Positions 1-8,184 of a stretch of DNA of 64,000 nt are shown piece by piece. The notes under the pieces are model-generated. The model searched no databases, was not told where the DNA came from, and saw only the letters and a list, made by a program, of their open reading frames with translations. The number at the start of each line of letters is the position of its first letter. The stretch's first letter is position 1. Origin of the DNA: an uncultured virus (IMG/VR IMGVR_UViG_3300031241_000001) (Duplodnaviria; Heunggongvirae; Uroviricota; Caudoviricetes); IMG/VR virus record IMGVR_UViG_3300031241_000001. The stretch is one strand, 5' to 3'. Both the position numbers and the translations under genes were made by a program.

Positions 1-90
1 ATTTTAAGTTCACGTTCGAGTCGCGATGCCATTTGATGTCTCCCTGATCACGTTTGGGGTGTTAACCGGATAAGCATGGAACGAACGATC

Positions 91-2046
91 CTACGGCGTT
101 GCGGGGCTCGGCGCGAGCGGCTGCTGGTCCTTCCGCCGGTTCCGCCGCGCCGGGGCCTTCTTCTTCGTCGAAGGTGCCGGAACCTTGGGGTCGAGCGGCC
201 ACCCGCTCTCGCCGCGCGCGACGGCGCTCGCGGCGGCGAGCAGGTTTCGGCTCATCGTGATGTCCTGGTCCTCGGCGTGGCCGCAGTTCTCGCAGCGGAT
301 CACCCGCTGCACCCGGTCTTCCCGCGAGACGTCGCGGTGGTGACCGCAGGCCGCGCAGTCGAGCGTCCCACCGGCAGCGTCGACCTCCAGGTCGACGCTG
401 CCGTACTTCTTCGCGAAGTAGCCGACGCGGGCGCGGGCGCGCCCGGGCCCCAGGATGTTCACGCGGCGCGCCGTCTTCTTGCGCAGCTTCTGCTCGTCCT
501 CGTCGTGCTGGTCGTCCTTCTCGACGAGGCCGGTCACGTCGAAGTCGTCGCGGGCGACGACCCCGTAGCGCTTGGCCAGCTGGACCGCGACCGCGGTGAC
601 GCGGCCCTCGACCTGGCGCTGCATGCGCTCGAGGCTCGGCACCTCGCGGTGGAGCAGGTGGACGTCCTGCTTGCTCCACGCCTCCAGCGCCGCGAAGGCC
701 GGCTGGTCGCCGTGGATGCGCTGGTCTCGCCACTGCCGGTGCAGGCGGACGTACTTGCTGGGGGCCCGCCAGTTGTGCATGTGGCGGCTCTCTTCGCGGA
801 GCCACGACGTCGCCGGCAGCGACCGGGCGTAGGCGAGGATCATGTCGCGGAGCACGTCCTGGTTCTGGTCGCGGATCGAATGGATCGAGTCGGCCCAGGG
901 TTTCACACCGAGCACGTCCTCGGGGATCACGAGTTGCCCCCAGAGCGGGCTCGCGGGGTCGTTGGGGTCGAGTGGCGCGGTGGCGCTCCACGTGAGCAGG
1001 CGGATGCCCGCCTTCTTGCCCTCCTCGTCGAAGAGCTGACGCCAGCCGATGTGGACGGCGACCGCGTCGTGCGGGTGCGGGTGCGGGGTGGTCACGGCCA
1101 CGGAGCCCTCGACCTCAAGCGTGAGGTACCAGCGGTAGCGGAGCCCGGTGCGCTCGCGCCGGACCACGGCCCACTTGACGACGTCGTGCCCGAGCTGGAG
1201 GCGGTTCTTCGTGCGCGGGGACTGGTGCAGGAGCAGGTGCATCTGGGCCCAAATCGGGCGGATGGTGCCCGGCACAGTCCCGACGCGGATCGCGAGCGCG
1301 TGGAAGCGCTTGCCCTTCGTGGCGGCCTCTCCCGCGCGCGGCCCGATCTTGATGACGTCTCCCGGGTTCCCGGCGACGTCGATCGCGCGCCCCTCGGCGT
1401 CGACCGCGGCGGGTCGGAAGTGGTCGACCGGGGCACCCAGCGAGTACGCGACCGATCCGATGCGCAGCCAAGACCCTTCGCCGCCGATGAGATCGTCGGC
1501 GTAGACGGACTTCTTGGCGGGAAGTGTCTTGCCGGTCCGCGCGTCGATGCGCGCGTTCTGCCGCTGGAACTGGACGGCGATGCGGCCCACGTCCGGGGGG
1601 AAGTCCGTCCCCACGAACGTGGTCCGGCCGTTTTCGTCGATGAGCCCTGCCTTGTCGATCGTGCGCCGCGCGAAGTCGGCCGCGTCGTCCGCCTTGCCGA
1701 GCGTCCCCCACATGGCTCCCGCCTCGATCGTCGCGTCGCGCACGGCCTTGAGCGCGCGCTTCTTCCCCGCGAACACGCGCTCGCGGAGGGCCTTGAACTC
1801 GTCAGAGGCGTGCCACGCATCGCGGGCAGCTTTCCCAGCCTCCGACTTCCACCACGCGCCACGCGCTTCGACGGGTACGTCCCTGGCCGGGTAGTCGATG
1901 AGCGCGCGCCGGAGGAAGCGCTCGCGGTTCTCGATGAGCGCGATCTGTCGGCGGTAGCGCGCGCCGAGGCGCACCTGCTCGCGCAAGCAATGGTCGTCGG
2001 CGGCCGTCGCCGGGAGACAGAGGAACTTGTACACGCGCATCGTCAT
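91..2046 (-). CDS. Cas12m (type V-U1/V-M)-like / TnpB-derived RNA-guided protein, predicted nuclease-inactive, 651 aa
   Basis: N-terminus RVYKF...EQVRLGARYRRQIALIE typical of V-U1/TnpB-like proteins; RuvC-I AVAVHIGWR (H where active enzymes have D), RuvC-II VARDDFD (D where E is usual), CAAC..CENC Zn finger, RuvC-III DQDITMSRNLL. Confidence 0.8.
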   Translation of the reverse strand: MTMRVYKFLCLPATAADDHCLREQVRLGARYRRQIALIENRERFLRRALIDYPARDVPVEARGAWWKSEAGKAARDAWHASDEFKALRERVFAGKKRALKAVRDATIEAGAMWGTLGKADDAADFARRTIDKAGLIDENGRTTFVGTDFPPDVGRIAVQFQRQNARIDARTGKTLPAKKSVYADDLIGGEGSWLRIGSVAYSLGAPVDHFRPAAVDAEGRAIDVAGNPGDVIKIGPRAGEAATKGKRFHALAIRVGTVPGTIRPIWAQMHLLLHQSPRTKNRLQLGHDVVKWAVVRRERTGLRYRWYLTLEVEGSVAVTTPHPHPHDAVAVHIGWRQLFDEEGKKAGIRLLTWSATAPLDPNDPASPLWGQLVIPEDVLGVKPWADSIHSIRDQNQDVLRDMILAYARSLPATSWLREESRHMHNWRAPSKYVRLHRQWRDQRIHGDQPAFAALEAWSKQDVHLLHREVPSLERMQRQVEGRVTAVAVQLAKRYGVVARDDFDVTGLVEKDDQHDEDEQKLRKKTARRVNILGPGRARARVGYFAKKYGSVDLEVDAAGGTLDCAACGHHRDVSREDRVQRVIRCENCGHAEDQDITMSRNLLAAASAVARGESGWPLDPKVPAPSTKKKAPARRNRRKDQQPLAPSPATP

Positions 2047-2079
2047 TGTTGGGCGCCCCGCTGTCGCACGTGCTGTTGT

Positions 2080-2115
2080 TGCATTGACGAACAGCTAACA
2101 GGATGATAGACGTTT
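2080..2115. promoter_or_regulatory. 36-bp element, copy 1 (identical to 6183-6218); overlapping divergent sigma70-like promoters
   Basis: TGCATTGACGAACAGCTAACAGGATGATAGACGTTT; + strand TTGACG-N17-TAGACG with TGn; - strand TTGCAA(2120-2115)-N17-TAGCTG with TGn, facing the Cas12m-like gene. Confidence 0.7.
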
Positions 2116-2126
2116 TGCAAGACGCA

Positions 2127-2300
2127 ATGTTCGAGCCGAAGCAACAAGCCGCGGAGAAACTCAGCCACTACATCGGTGCGCGCGTCACCGACACCGAAGA
2201 GTCGTGGCTCCGCGCCGAGATGAAGCGCAGAAAGATCACGATGAGTGACTTGATGCGCCTCGCGCTCGGCAAGCTCTTCGTTTCCAAGAAGACGGGGTGA
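2127..2300 (+). CDS. Ribbon-helix-helix (CopG/Arc-like) DNA-binding protein
   Basis: 57 aa; beta strand HYIGARVT followed by helix and TMSDLMRLAL helix. Confidence 0.6.
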   Translation: MFEPKQQAAEKLSHYIGARVTDTEESWLRAEMKRRKITMSDLMRLALGKLFVSKKTG

Positions 2301-2665
2301 CCTTGGCGATCGAGTGCAAGGAGATGCACGAGTGGGCGTCGTGGCGTGACGAGTACACCCTCGCCGACGTCGAGAAGGCGCTCGCGTTCGCCGGCCTCAA
2401 GGGGTGGAAGTTCGACCACTGGTCCGACGGGGACGCGCAGTTCATGCACCCCGGGCCGGTGACGTTCGACGACCTCGCCAAGCTGCGGGTCACGTTCACG
2501 CCCCGGAGCATGGTCGTCGAGGCGGTCGTCGACCAGGACGCGGAGGACGAGCGGTTGGTCGCGTGGGAGCGCGCGGGGGCTAACCCGCTCGACCGTGGCG
2601 CCACGGCCTTGATGGTGCTGGTGACGATGAGCTGGAACGAAGTCTCCGACGCGGGGGCCGCCTGA
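2297..2665 (+). CDS. Hypothetical protein
   Basis: GTGA overlap with upstream stop; GC3-biased codons. Confidence 0.6.
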   Translation: MTLAIECKEMHEWASWRDEYTLADVEKALAFAGLKGWKFDHWSDGDAQFMHPGPVTFDDLAKLRVTFTPRSMVVEAVVDQDAEDERLVAWERAGANPLDRGATALMVLVTMSWNEVSDAGAA

Positions 2666-3267
2666 TGGCCGACGCGTGCGATCACAAGCGTCGGATCGGG
2701 AACCACCGAAGCTCGGCCCTCACGGTCTGCCACGTGTGCCGCGACTTCCTGTGCTCGACCTGCGGCGCCACGATCGACTGGTACGAGGGGCTCTGCTGCG
2801 CCAACCCCGGCGCGCAGTGGCGCTACTGCACGAAGCCCGCGTGCGTTGAGGTGGAGGCCGCGTACCACGGGTTGGACCTCGACGAGATGGTCCGCTGTCG
2901 GGAGGCGCTGCGGGAGAAGCGCGTGCTCAGGCACCTCCAGGATCGAGGGGGCCACGCGGCGTTTGACGCTTTTGGTCCGCGCAGTCGTGTGGTCGAGGGG
3001 TCGTCTTCCGCGACGTCCGTGACGGGCCAGGGCACCGCGACGAGTCGTCCGCCGAACCAACGCTTCATCGAGCCCGTCGCCTTCGTGCTCGACCCCGGCG
3101 AGGCGTGCTGGTGCAACCTCGGTAAGGATTGCGACGGCAGTCACCAGGTCTGGATCGAGGAGCCCACGAACATCTGCGGTTTCTGCGGCGAGGAGTTCCA
3201 GATCTCCGCGACGGACCCCCACTTCTTGAGTGGCCGCGGACCCCGCTGCCCGACGAGGGCGGCATGA
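2665..3267 (+). CDS. Cys-rich hypothetical protein (Zn-binding)
   Basis: Several CxxC pairs; coupled to neighbours. Confidence 0.55.
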   Translation: MADACDHKRRIGNHRSSALTVCHVCRDFLCSTCGATIDWYEGLCCANPGAQWRYCTKPACVEVEAAYHGLDLDEMVRCREALREKRVLRHLQDRGGHAAFDAFGPRSRVVEGSSSATSVTGQGTATSRPPNQRFIEPVAFVLDPGEACWCNLGKDCDGSHQVWIEEPTNICGFCGEEFQISATDPHFLSGRGPRCPTRAA

Positions 3268-3657
3268 CGGCTGATCCGGAATACCGGATCGCCTACGACG
3301 TCGAGCGTCACAAGGTCGGCTGCGGCTTGGTCCAGGCCGCGCTCGGCGGTGACGTTCCGAAGGTGCTGTTCCACGATTACTTCGGCGACGGGCGTGCTTG
3401 GACGGTGGCGGCGGGTGATTGTCAGGTCTACACGATCCGGCGGAGCCAGCTGCCGGCGCTCGCCGCGCGCACGCTTCTCGGACGCGAGGAGACGAGGGAA
3501 TGACCGACGAGGCGCAGCTCGAAGGTGAGCGGCTGAAGGAGCAGATTCTCCGACTGTTCCCAGTTTCCGGGAGGCTGCGCAGGATCTGTGACTGTGTCGG
3601 GAGGTGCGCTAGCGAGGGCGCCGCGCTGGTGTCCCGAGAGGCGGGGGCAGCGCAGCG

Positions 3658-5061
3658 GTGACGGTGACGATGCGGCTCGAGGAGCGTCCGTACGAGGCGA
3701 AGGCCGTCCGAGACCTCCGCGTCGAGCTGCCGGCGTACAAGCGGGTGCTCGCCGTCGCGCCCACCGGCGCGGGCAAGACGGTGATCGCGACGCTCTTGCT
3801 CGCGGTCGAGAAGCGCTGGCGTCGGGTGCTGTGGCTCGCGCACCGCGCCGAGCTGGTCGGACAGGCGCGGGAGAGCCTCTTTTCCCTCGGCGTCCCGTGC
3901 GGCGTGCGGTGTGCGTCGTACGAGGCGCTGCATCCCGACCACGTCGATCGCGAGGCCCGTGTGCAGGTCGGCAGCGTCCAGACCGTGTCGCGGCAGGAGG
4001 TCTTCGACGTCGACTTGATCGTGGTTGACGAGGCCCATCGCGCGATGGCCGACTCGTACCAGGCGATCGCGCGACTCCGGCCCCGCGCGGAGGTCCTCGG
4101 TCTCACCGCGACGCCGCTTCGGATGGACGGGCGCGAGCTGGGAGACTTCTTCCAGTCGCTGCTCGTCCTCGCCAAACCGAGTGAGCTCTACGCGGAGGGT
4201 TACCTCGCGGAGCCGGTCACCTACGCGGCCGGCCCGGAGACGCGGGCGTTGCTTGCGCAGCGTCTTCGATCGGTCCGCGTCAAGGGTGGTGACTTTCAGT
4301 TGGACGCGCTCGGTCGTGCCGTGAACACGACAGACCTCGTGGGCGACGTGGTCAGCGAGACTCGTCGCCTGGCGCCTGGTGTGCCCAAGGTCGTGTTCGC
4401 GGCGACGGTCGCGCACTCGAGAGAGATTGCGGAGCGCTTCTCGGGAGTCGGGGTCCGCGCCGCGCACATCGACGCGGACACGCCTACGGACGATCGGTCG
4501 CGCGCCTTGGCGATGCTCGCGTCCGGGGAGCTGGAGGTCGTCTGCAACGTCGAGATCTTGACCGAGGGTTGGGACCTCCCCGTCCTCGGTGCCGTCGTGG
4601 TGGCCAGGCCCACGTGGAGCCTCGGGCGCTTCATGCAGATGGTCGGTCGTGTGCAGCGGCCCGGCAGCGGCCCTCCGAAGTTGGTCCTCGACCATGGCGG
4701 AAACGCCGACCGGCTCCAACACTTCCCTGGCGAGGACGTTGACTGGAAGCTCGCACGAGGCTCTCGAAAGTTGAAGAGGAGAGCACCCCCGAGCGTGCGT
4801 CTCTGCGTCGCGTGCTGCGCCGTCCTACGGGAGACTTGCGAGGTGTGCCTCCACTGCGGCACGGCGCAGCCCCGGAGCACGAAGCGCCTCGTCGAGGAGC
4901 ACGAGGCCGAGCTGGTCGAACTCGATCGTGCACGCATCGAAGCGCTGCGGAGGGGCGTGCGTCAGCGTGCAGAGGAGGTGGCGCGGAGAGTCGGAGCACC
5001 TGCGAGCTGGGTGGACACCGTGGTTGAAGCTGTGGTCCTGCGCGGTGGGAGAGGGCGCTGA
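3658..5061 (+). CDS. Superfamily 2 DEAH helicase (RadD/UvsW/ResIII-like) with C-terminal Zn finger
   Basis: APTGAGKT, VDEAH, LTATP, LTEGWD, QMVGR motifs; CVAC..CLHC. Confidence 0.9.
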   Translation: MTVTMRLEERPYEAKAVRDLRVELPAYKRVLAVAPTGAGKTVIATLLLAVEKRWRRVLWLAHRAELVGQARESLFSLGVPCGVRCASYEALHPDHVDREARVQVGSVQTVSRQEVFDVDLIVVDEAHRAMADSYQAIARLRPRAEVLGLTATPLRMDGRELGDFFQSLLVLAKPSELYAEGYLAEPVTYAAGPETRALLAQRLRSVRVKGGDFQLDALGRAVNTTDLVGDVVSETRRLAPGVPKVVFAATVAHSREIAERFSGVGVRAAHIDADTPTDDRSRALAMLASGELEVVCNVEILTEGWDLPVLGAVVVARPTWSLGRFMQMVGRVQRPGSGPPKLVLDHGGNADRLQHFPGEDVDWKLARGSRKLKRRAPPSVRLCVACCAVLRETCEVCLHCGTAQPRSTKRLVEEHEAELVELDRARIEALRRGVRQRAEEVARRVGAPASWVDTVVEAVVLRGGRGR

Positions 5062-5066
5062 CGTTG

Positions 5067-6155
5067 ATGGGGAGCCTGAAGTTTGAGTTGCCGACTAAGC
5101 AGTGTCAAAACTGCGAGCGCCTATTCGAGCGGCGTGTTGATGAAGCAGCTACCAACTACAGGCGCAGAAAGACGTGCAGCTGGGAGTGTCGGAATGCATT
5201 GTTAGCTTCGTTGAGGGAAGTGCCTGGCGTCCCAGTCCCCGCCTTCCGAAGATGCGCTGAGTGTGGCGAAGACTTCGCGCGTGGTCCTGACGAGAAGGCG
5301 TCAGAATTCTTGCGGCGGGCGACGTGTAGTCGTGTTTGTGGGAGACGTCAGGCGGCCAAGACGAACTCGAAGCATAGCAGGGAGTTGTCGAAGGCGTGCC
5401 GTAACTGTGGGGACGTCTTCTTCCGGCAGCCCGGGATTTCGCCGGCAGCCTTCGCGCGACGTCGTGTCTGTAGTCCCGCGTGCCATCAAGCGAGCTTTCG
5501 GCTAGCGACAACGGCTGATGATCTTGAGCGTACTTGCGTCGTGTGTGCGGCGGTGCTCGTGCAGCGTCCCAAAGAGAGCACCCGCGAATTCTTGGAGCGA
5601 CTGACCTGCGGAGTCCGTTGTGGCAGCGGTTTGCGCAAGGCACGCCTTCCCAAGAAGCTTGTCGACTATTATGGCGTGACGTTGGCCTTCACAGAGGTTG
5701 TTGAGATAGAAGGGAAGAGCAAGTGGGCTGTAGAGCGCGCGATCGATCGCGGCAGGATCCCAGGCGTCGGCTGGATTGCGAGCGCGCCGGTCGCAGCACC
5801 CAAGAAAAAGTATTCCGGCCCGTTGGTCAAGACGTGCAGTGTTTGCGGTATCCCGTTTCCGCGTACGCCGAAGAATGCCAGTAACTTCGCGGTGCAGACG
5901 GTGTGTGGCGCGACTTGCCAGGGCGTTCGCAATCGGCTGGTCGTCGATCCCAACAGGCGTTGTCTGGCGTGCGCCAAGTTGCTGGTATGTCGCGCGCTGG
6001 AGCCGAATAACGACTTCGCCAAGAGGCTTACGTGCAATCGTGCCTGCACGCTGGTGCTCAAGAAACGGGGCGCGGCGACCCTGGGGCCCAAGGCGCGGAT
6101 GACCAGCGCTGGCGAGGCGCGTGTGCTCGGCTCTTTGCCCCCAGCGTCGGATTGA
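5067..6155 (+). CDS. Protein with six tandem CxxC...(T/V)C[SGN]xxC Zn-binding modules and a central HTH-like segment
   Basis: CQNC..TCSWEC, CAEC..TCSRVC, CRNC..VCSPAC, CVVC..TCGVRC, CSVC..VCGATC, CLAC..TCNRAC; visibly less GC3-biased than flanking genes. Confidence 0.7.
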   Translation: MGSLKFELPTKQCQNCERLFERRVDEAATNYRRRKTCSWECRNALLASLREVPGVPVPAFRRCAECGEDFARGPDEKASEFLRRATCSRVCGRRQAAKTNSKHSRELSKACRNCGDVFFRQPGISPAAFARRRVCSPACHQASFRLATTADDLERTCVVCAAVLVQRPKESTREFLERLTCGVRCGSGLRKARLPKKLVDYYGVTLAFTEVVEIEGKSKWAVERAIDRGRIPGVGWIASAPVAAPKKKYSGPLVKTCSVCGIPFPRTPKNASNFAVQTVCGATCQGVRNRLVVDPNRRCLACAKLLVCRALEPNNDFAKRLTCNRACTLVLKKRGAATLGPKARMTSAGEARVLGSLPPASD

Positions 6156-6182
6156 GGACGTTCCTGTTGACGTCTCCACGGC

Positions 6183-6218
6183 TGCATTGACGAACAGCTA
6201 ACAGGATGATAGACGTTT
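6183..6218 (+). promoter_or_regulatory. 36-bp element, copy 2; putative promoter of the RAMP operon
   Basis: Exact copy of 2080-2115, ending 46 bp upstream of the ATG at 6265. Confidence 0.7.
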
Positions 6219-6264
6219 GGCCGGCGCACTCGGTTTTACGAGCGCTCTACAAAGGACGACACGC

Positions 6265-7092
6265 ATGGCGAAGCAACAATCCGACTCCACCGAAGTGCAC
6301 ATCGTCAACGTCGAGCGCGGCAGGGTCACCTTCCACCTCATCGGCACCGCGCCCCTACTGCACAACTGCCTTAACAACAAGGCCCGGCAAGAGTTGCTCC
6401 TGCCGTCGGGTCGCAAGACCGAGGCCGAGCGCAAGACGACGCTGAAGCACCAGCCCCTCGAGGAGTTTCGCTCCTCGATCTACTTCAATCATCGGCCCGA
6501 GGGTCCGACGCTCGTGCAGCACCTGTCGAGCGCGTTCCGCGGAGCGATGCGCTCAGCCGCGCTCGACTTGCCCGGCGTCACGAAGGCCGAGATCGGGCGC
6601 CTGCTCTGGGTGGATGGAGACCGCGTCGACATCTACGGCCACCCACAGATCGACATGCGGATTGTCCGCCAGGCCGGCATGAACCGCACGCCCGACGTGC
6701 GCACGCGCTGCATCATGCCCGAGTGGGCGTGCGCGATCACGGTGTCGTTCACCAAGCCCCAGCTCAAAGAGCAAGCCGTGGCGAACTTGATCACGGCTGC
6801 CGGCCTCTACATCGGAATCGGCGACTATCGGAACGAGAAGGGGGCCGGCAACTACGGGTTGTTCCGCGTCTGCGCGGACAAGGATCCGGACTACGTGCGG
6901 ATCCGGAAGGCCGGTCGTAAGGTGCAGGAGGCCGCGATGAAGACGCCCGAACCATTCAACGAGGAAACGGCCGAGCTCCTGACGTGGTTTGAGGGTGCGG
7001 TGGCGGAACACCGATCCTTCGCGCCGCTCACGTCGGCGTCGGCGTCGGCGAAGGGCAAGAGGCGCGGCAAATCGAGCGAGGCGCCGTCGTGA
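6265..7092 (+). CDS. Stand-alone RAMP-superfamily (Cas7/Csm3-like) protein, candidate effector of the GGY-NN array (Vipr-like)
   Basis: AAAGGA RBS; first strand FHLIGTAPLLHN, helix SSAFRGAMRSAA (compare RAMP SSxKGxxR), C-terminal Gly-rich loop GIGDYRNEKGAGNYGLF; no cas1/cas2/cas3/cas10 nearby. Confidence 0.7.
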   Translation: MAKQQSDSTEVHIVNVERGRVTFHLIGTAPLLHNCLNNKARQELLLPSGRKTEAERKTTLKHQPLEEFRSSIYFNHRPEGPTLVQHLSSAFRGAMRSAALDLPGVTKAEIGRLLWVDGDRVDIYGHPQIDMRIVRQAGMNRTPDVRTRCIMPEWACAITVSFTKPQLKEQAVANLITAAGLYIGIGDYRNEKGAGNYGLFRVCADKDPDYVRIRKAGRKVQEAAMKTPEPFNEETAELLTWFEGAVAEHRSFAPLTSASASAKGKRRGKSSEAPS

Positions 7093-7559
7093 CGAGCGCG
7101 GAGCGGCGGGCGATCGCGCAGAGGTTGGAAAAACTGACCGCTCGCGGCGGCGGCACGCTCACGGCGGCGGCCGTGGTCGAGGACGCGCGAAATTCGACGA
7201 GCCCCCTGCACGCGAGGATCTTCGGGCTGTCCGACGCCGAGGCAGCCCACGAGCACCGCCTCGACCTCGCCCGCCAACTCATCCGATCCGTCCGCGTGAC
7301 GGTCACCGTTGACCAGCGTCCACTGTCGGTCGTCGCGTACGTCCACGCCTCAGGTGGCAGCAGCAGCTACGTGCCCACGGCGCATGTCGTCGACGTGCGC
7401 ACGCGTGGAGTGGAGACGCTCCGCGTGGAGTTCGAGCGCGTCAAGGCGGCGATCGAGCGCGCGCGCGACCTCGCCGACGCGCTCGGGCTTCGCGCCGAGT
7501 TTGGCGAGATGCTTGCTGACGTGAAGGCGCTCCTCGTGCCGCTGCGGCGGGTGGCGTGA
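7089..7559 (+). CDS. Conserved phage protein coupled to the RAMP gene (accessory factor)
   Basis: GTGA overlap; motif LTAAAVVEDAR...SPLH...DAEAAHEHRLDLARQLIRSV. Confidence 0.7.
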   Translation: MTSAERRAIAQRLEKLTARGGGTLTAAAVVEDARNSTSPLHARIFGLSDAEAAHEHRLDLARQLIRSVRVTVTVDQRPLSVVAYVHASGGSSSYVPTAHVVDVRTRGVETLRVEFERVKAAIERARDLADALGLRAEFGEMLADVKALLVPLRRVA

Positions 7560-7594
7560 CCGTGACCGCATGACGACAGGTCCTCGGTAGATAA

Positions 7595-7901
7595 GGCGCG
7601 GCTTGGTTGGGCATGGCGAGGTAAGGCCTGGCGAGGTAAGGCTGGCATGGGGCAGGGCGAGGCCCGGCTTGGCGGGGCAGGGCTCGGCACGGTTGGGCGA
7701 GGCGTGGCAGGCAAGGCGTGGCCGGGTAAGGTCTGGTTAGGCAAGGCAAGACAGGGCTTGGCAGGCGTGTCAAGGCTAGGCAAGGCTCGGCTCGGCTCGG
7801 CTCGGCTCGGCTGGGCACGGCAGGCACGGTGCGGCGCGGCAAGGTTCGGCACGGCAGGCGCGGTTCGGCGCGGTTCGGCGCGGCATGGCAAGGCTGGGCC
7901 T
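7595..7901 (+). repeat. Array of about 57 GGY-NN pentamers in six segments delimited by 4-nt GGCA/GGCT units; putative guide ncRNA
   Basis: Parsed by hand: GGCGC GGCTT GGTTG GGCAT GGCGA GGTAA ...; only two units deviate from GGY (GACAG 7750, GTCAA 7769) plus one extra GG at 7649; tetramer breaks at 7640, 7706, 7760, 7819, 7853. Confidence 0.9.
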
Positions 7902-8184
7902 GTATTCTTCGCGGTCCGTCAGATCATTAGCGAGATCACTCTACGGTTCGCAGCTTGGCGCCTGGAGGCTTGCAACCTCTGCTAGGGTCGCGGCATGTGC
8001 GACGAGCGGCATGGTCCTTACTGAAGGCGCGCGCTTCGTCACGCCCCGCGTGCGATCGCGCCTCCCGCTGAAGCGTTCACTTGCGGCGGTGGGTGTGGCT
8101 ACGCGGCGACCGCTACGTCTCACGGTTCGAGGACTCGCACCAAGAGCCTTGGCTTCGCAGCAGCCGGCCAAGGGTGCCTCCGAA

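Noticed and set aside
2074..2100. Self-targeting of the 36-bp promoter by array segment 1 (TGnATnGA matches)
   Set aside because: Only three consecutive dinucleotides match and the flanking ones do not; compatible with chance
76..2106. Long antisense ORFs such as 76-2106, 2236-4722, 15100-16593, 49416-50564 and 57353-58720
   Set aside because: Shadow ORFs of high-GC genes on the opposite strand, with no motifs of their own
2080..6218. The 36-bp repeats as CRISPR direct repeats for the Cas12m-like gene
   Set aside because: Only two copies, 4.1 kb apart, with no hairpin; they contain promoter hexamers
7367..7985. ORFs 7647-7985 (+), 7367-7891 (-) and 7441-7842 (-) with ARLG/PSRA-type repeats, and the 7885 start for the sigma ORF
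   Set aside because: These are by-products of translating a 5-nt periodic array; the phase breaks are not multiples of 3, so the constraint is on the nucleotide sequence
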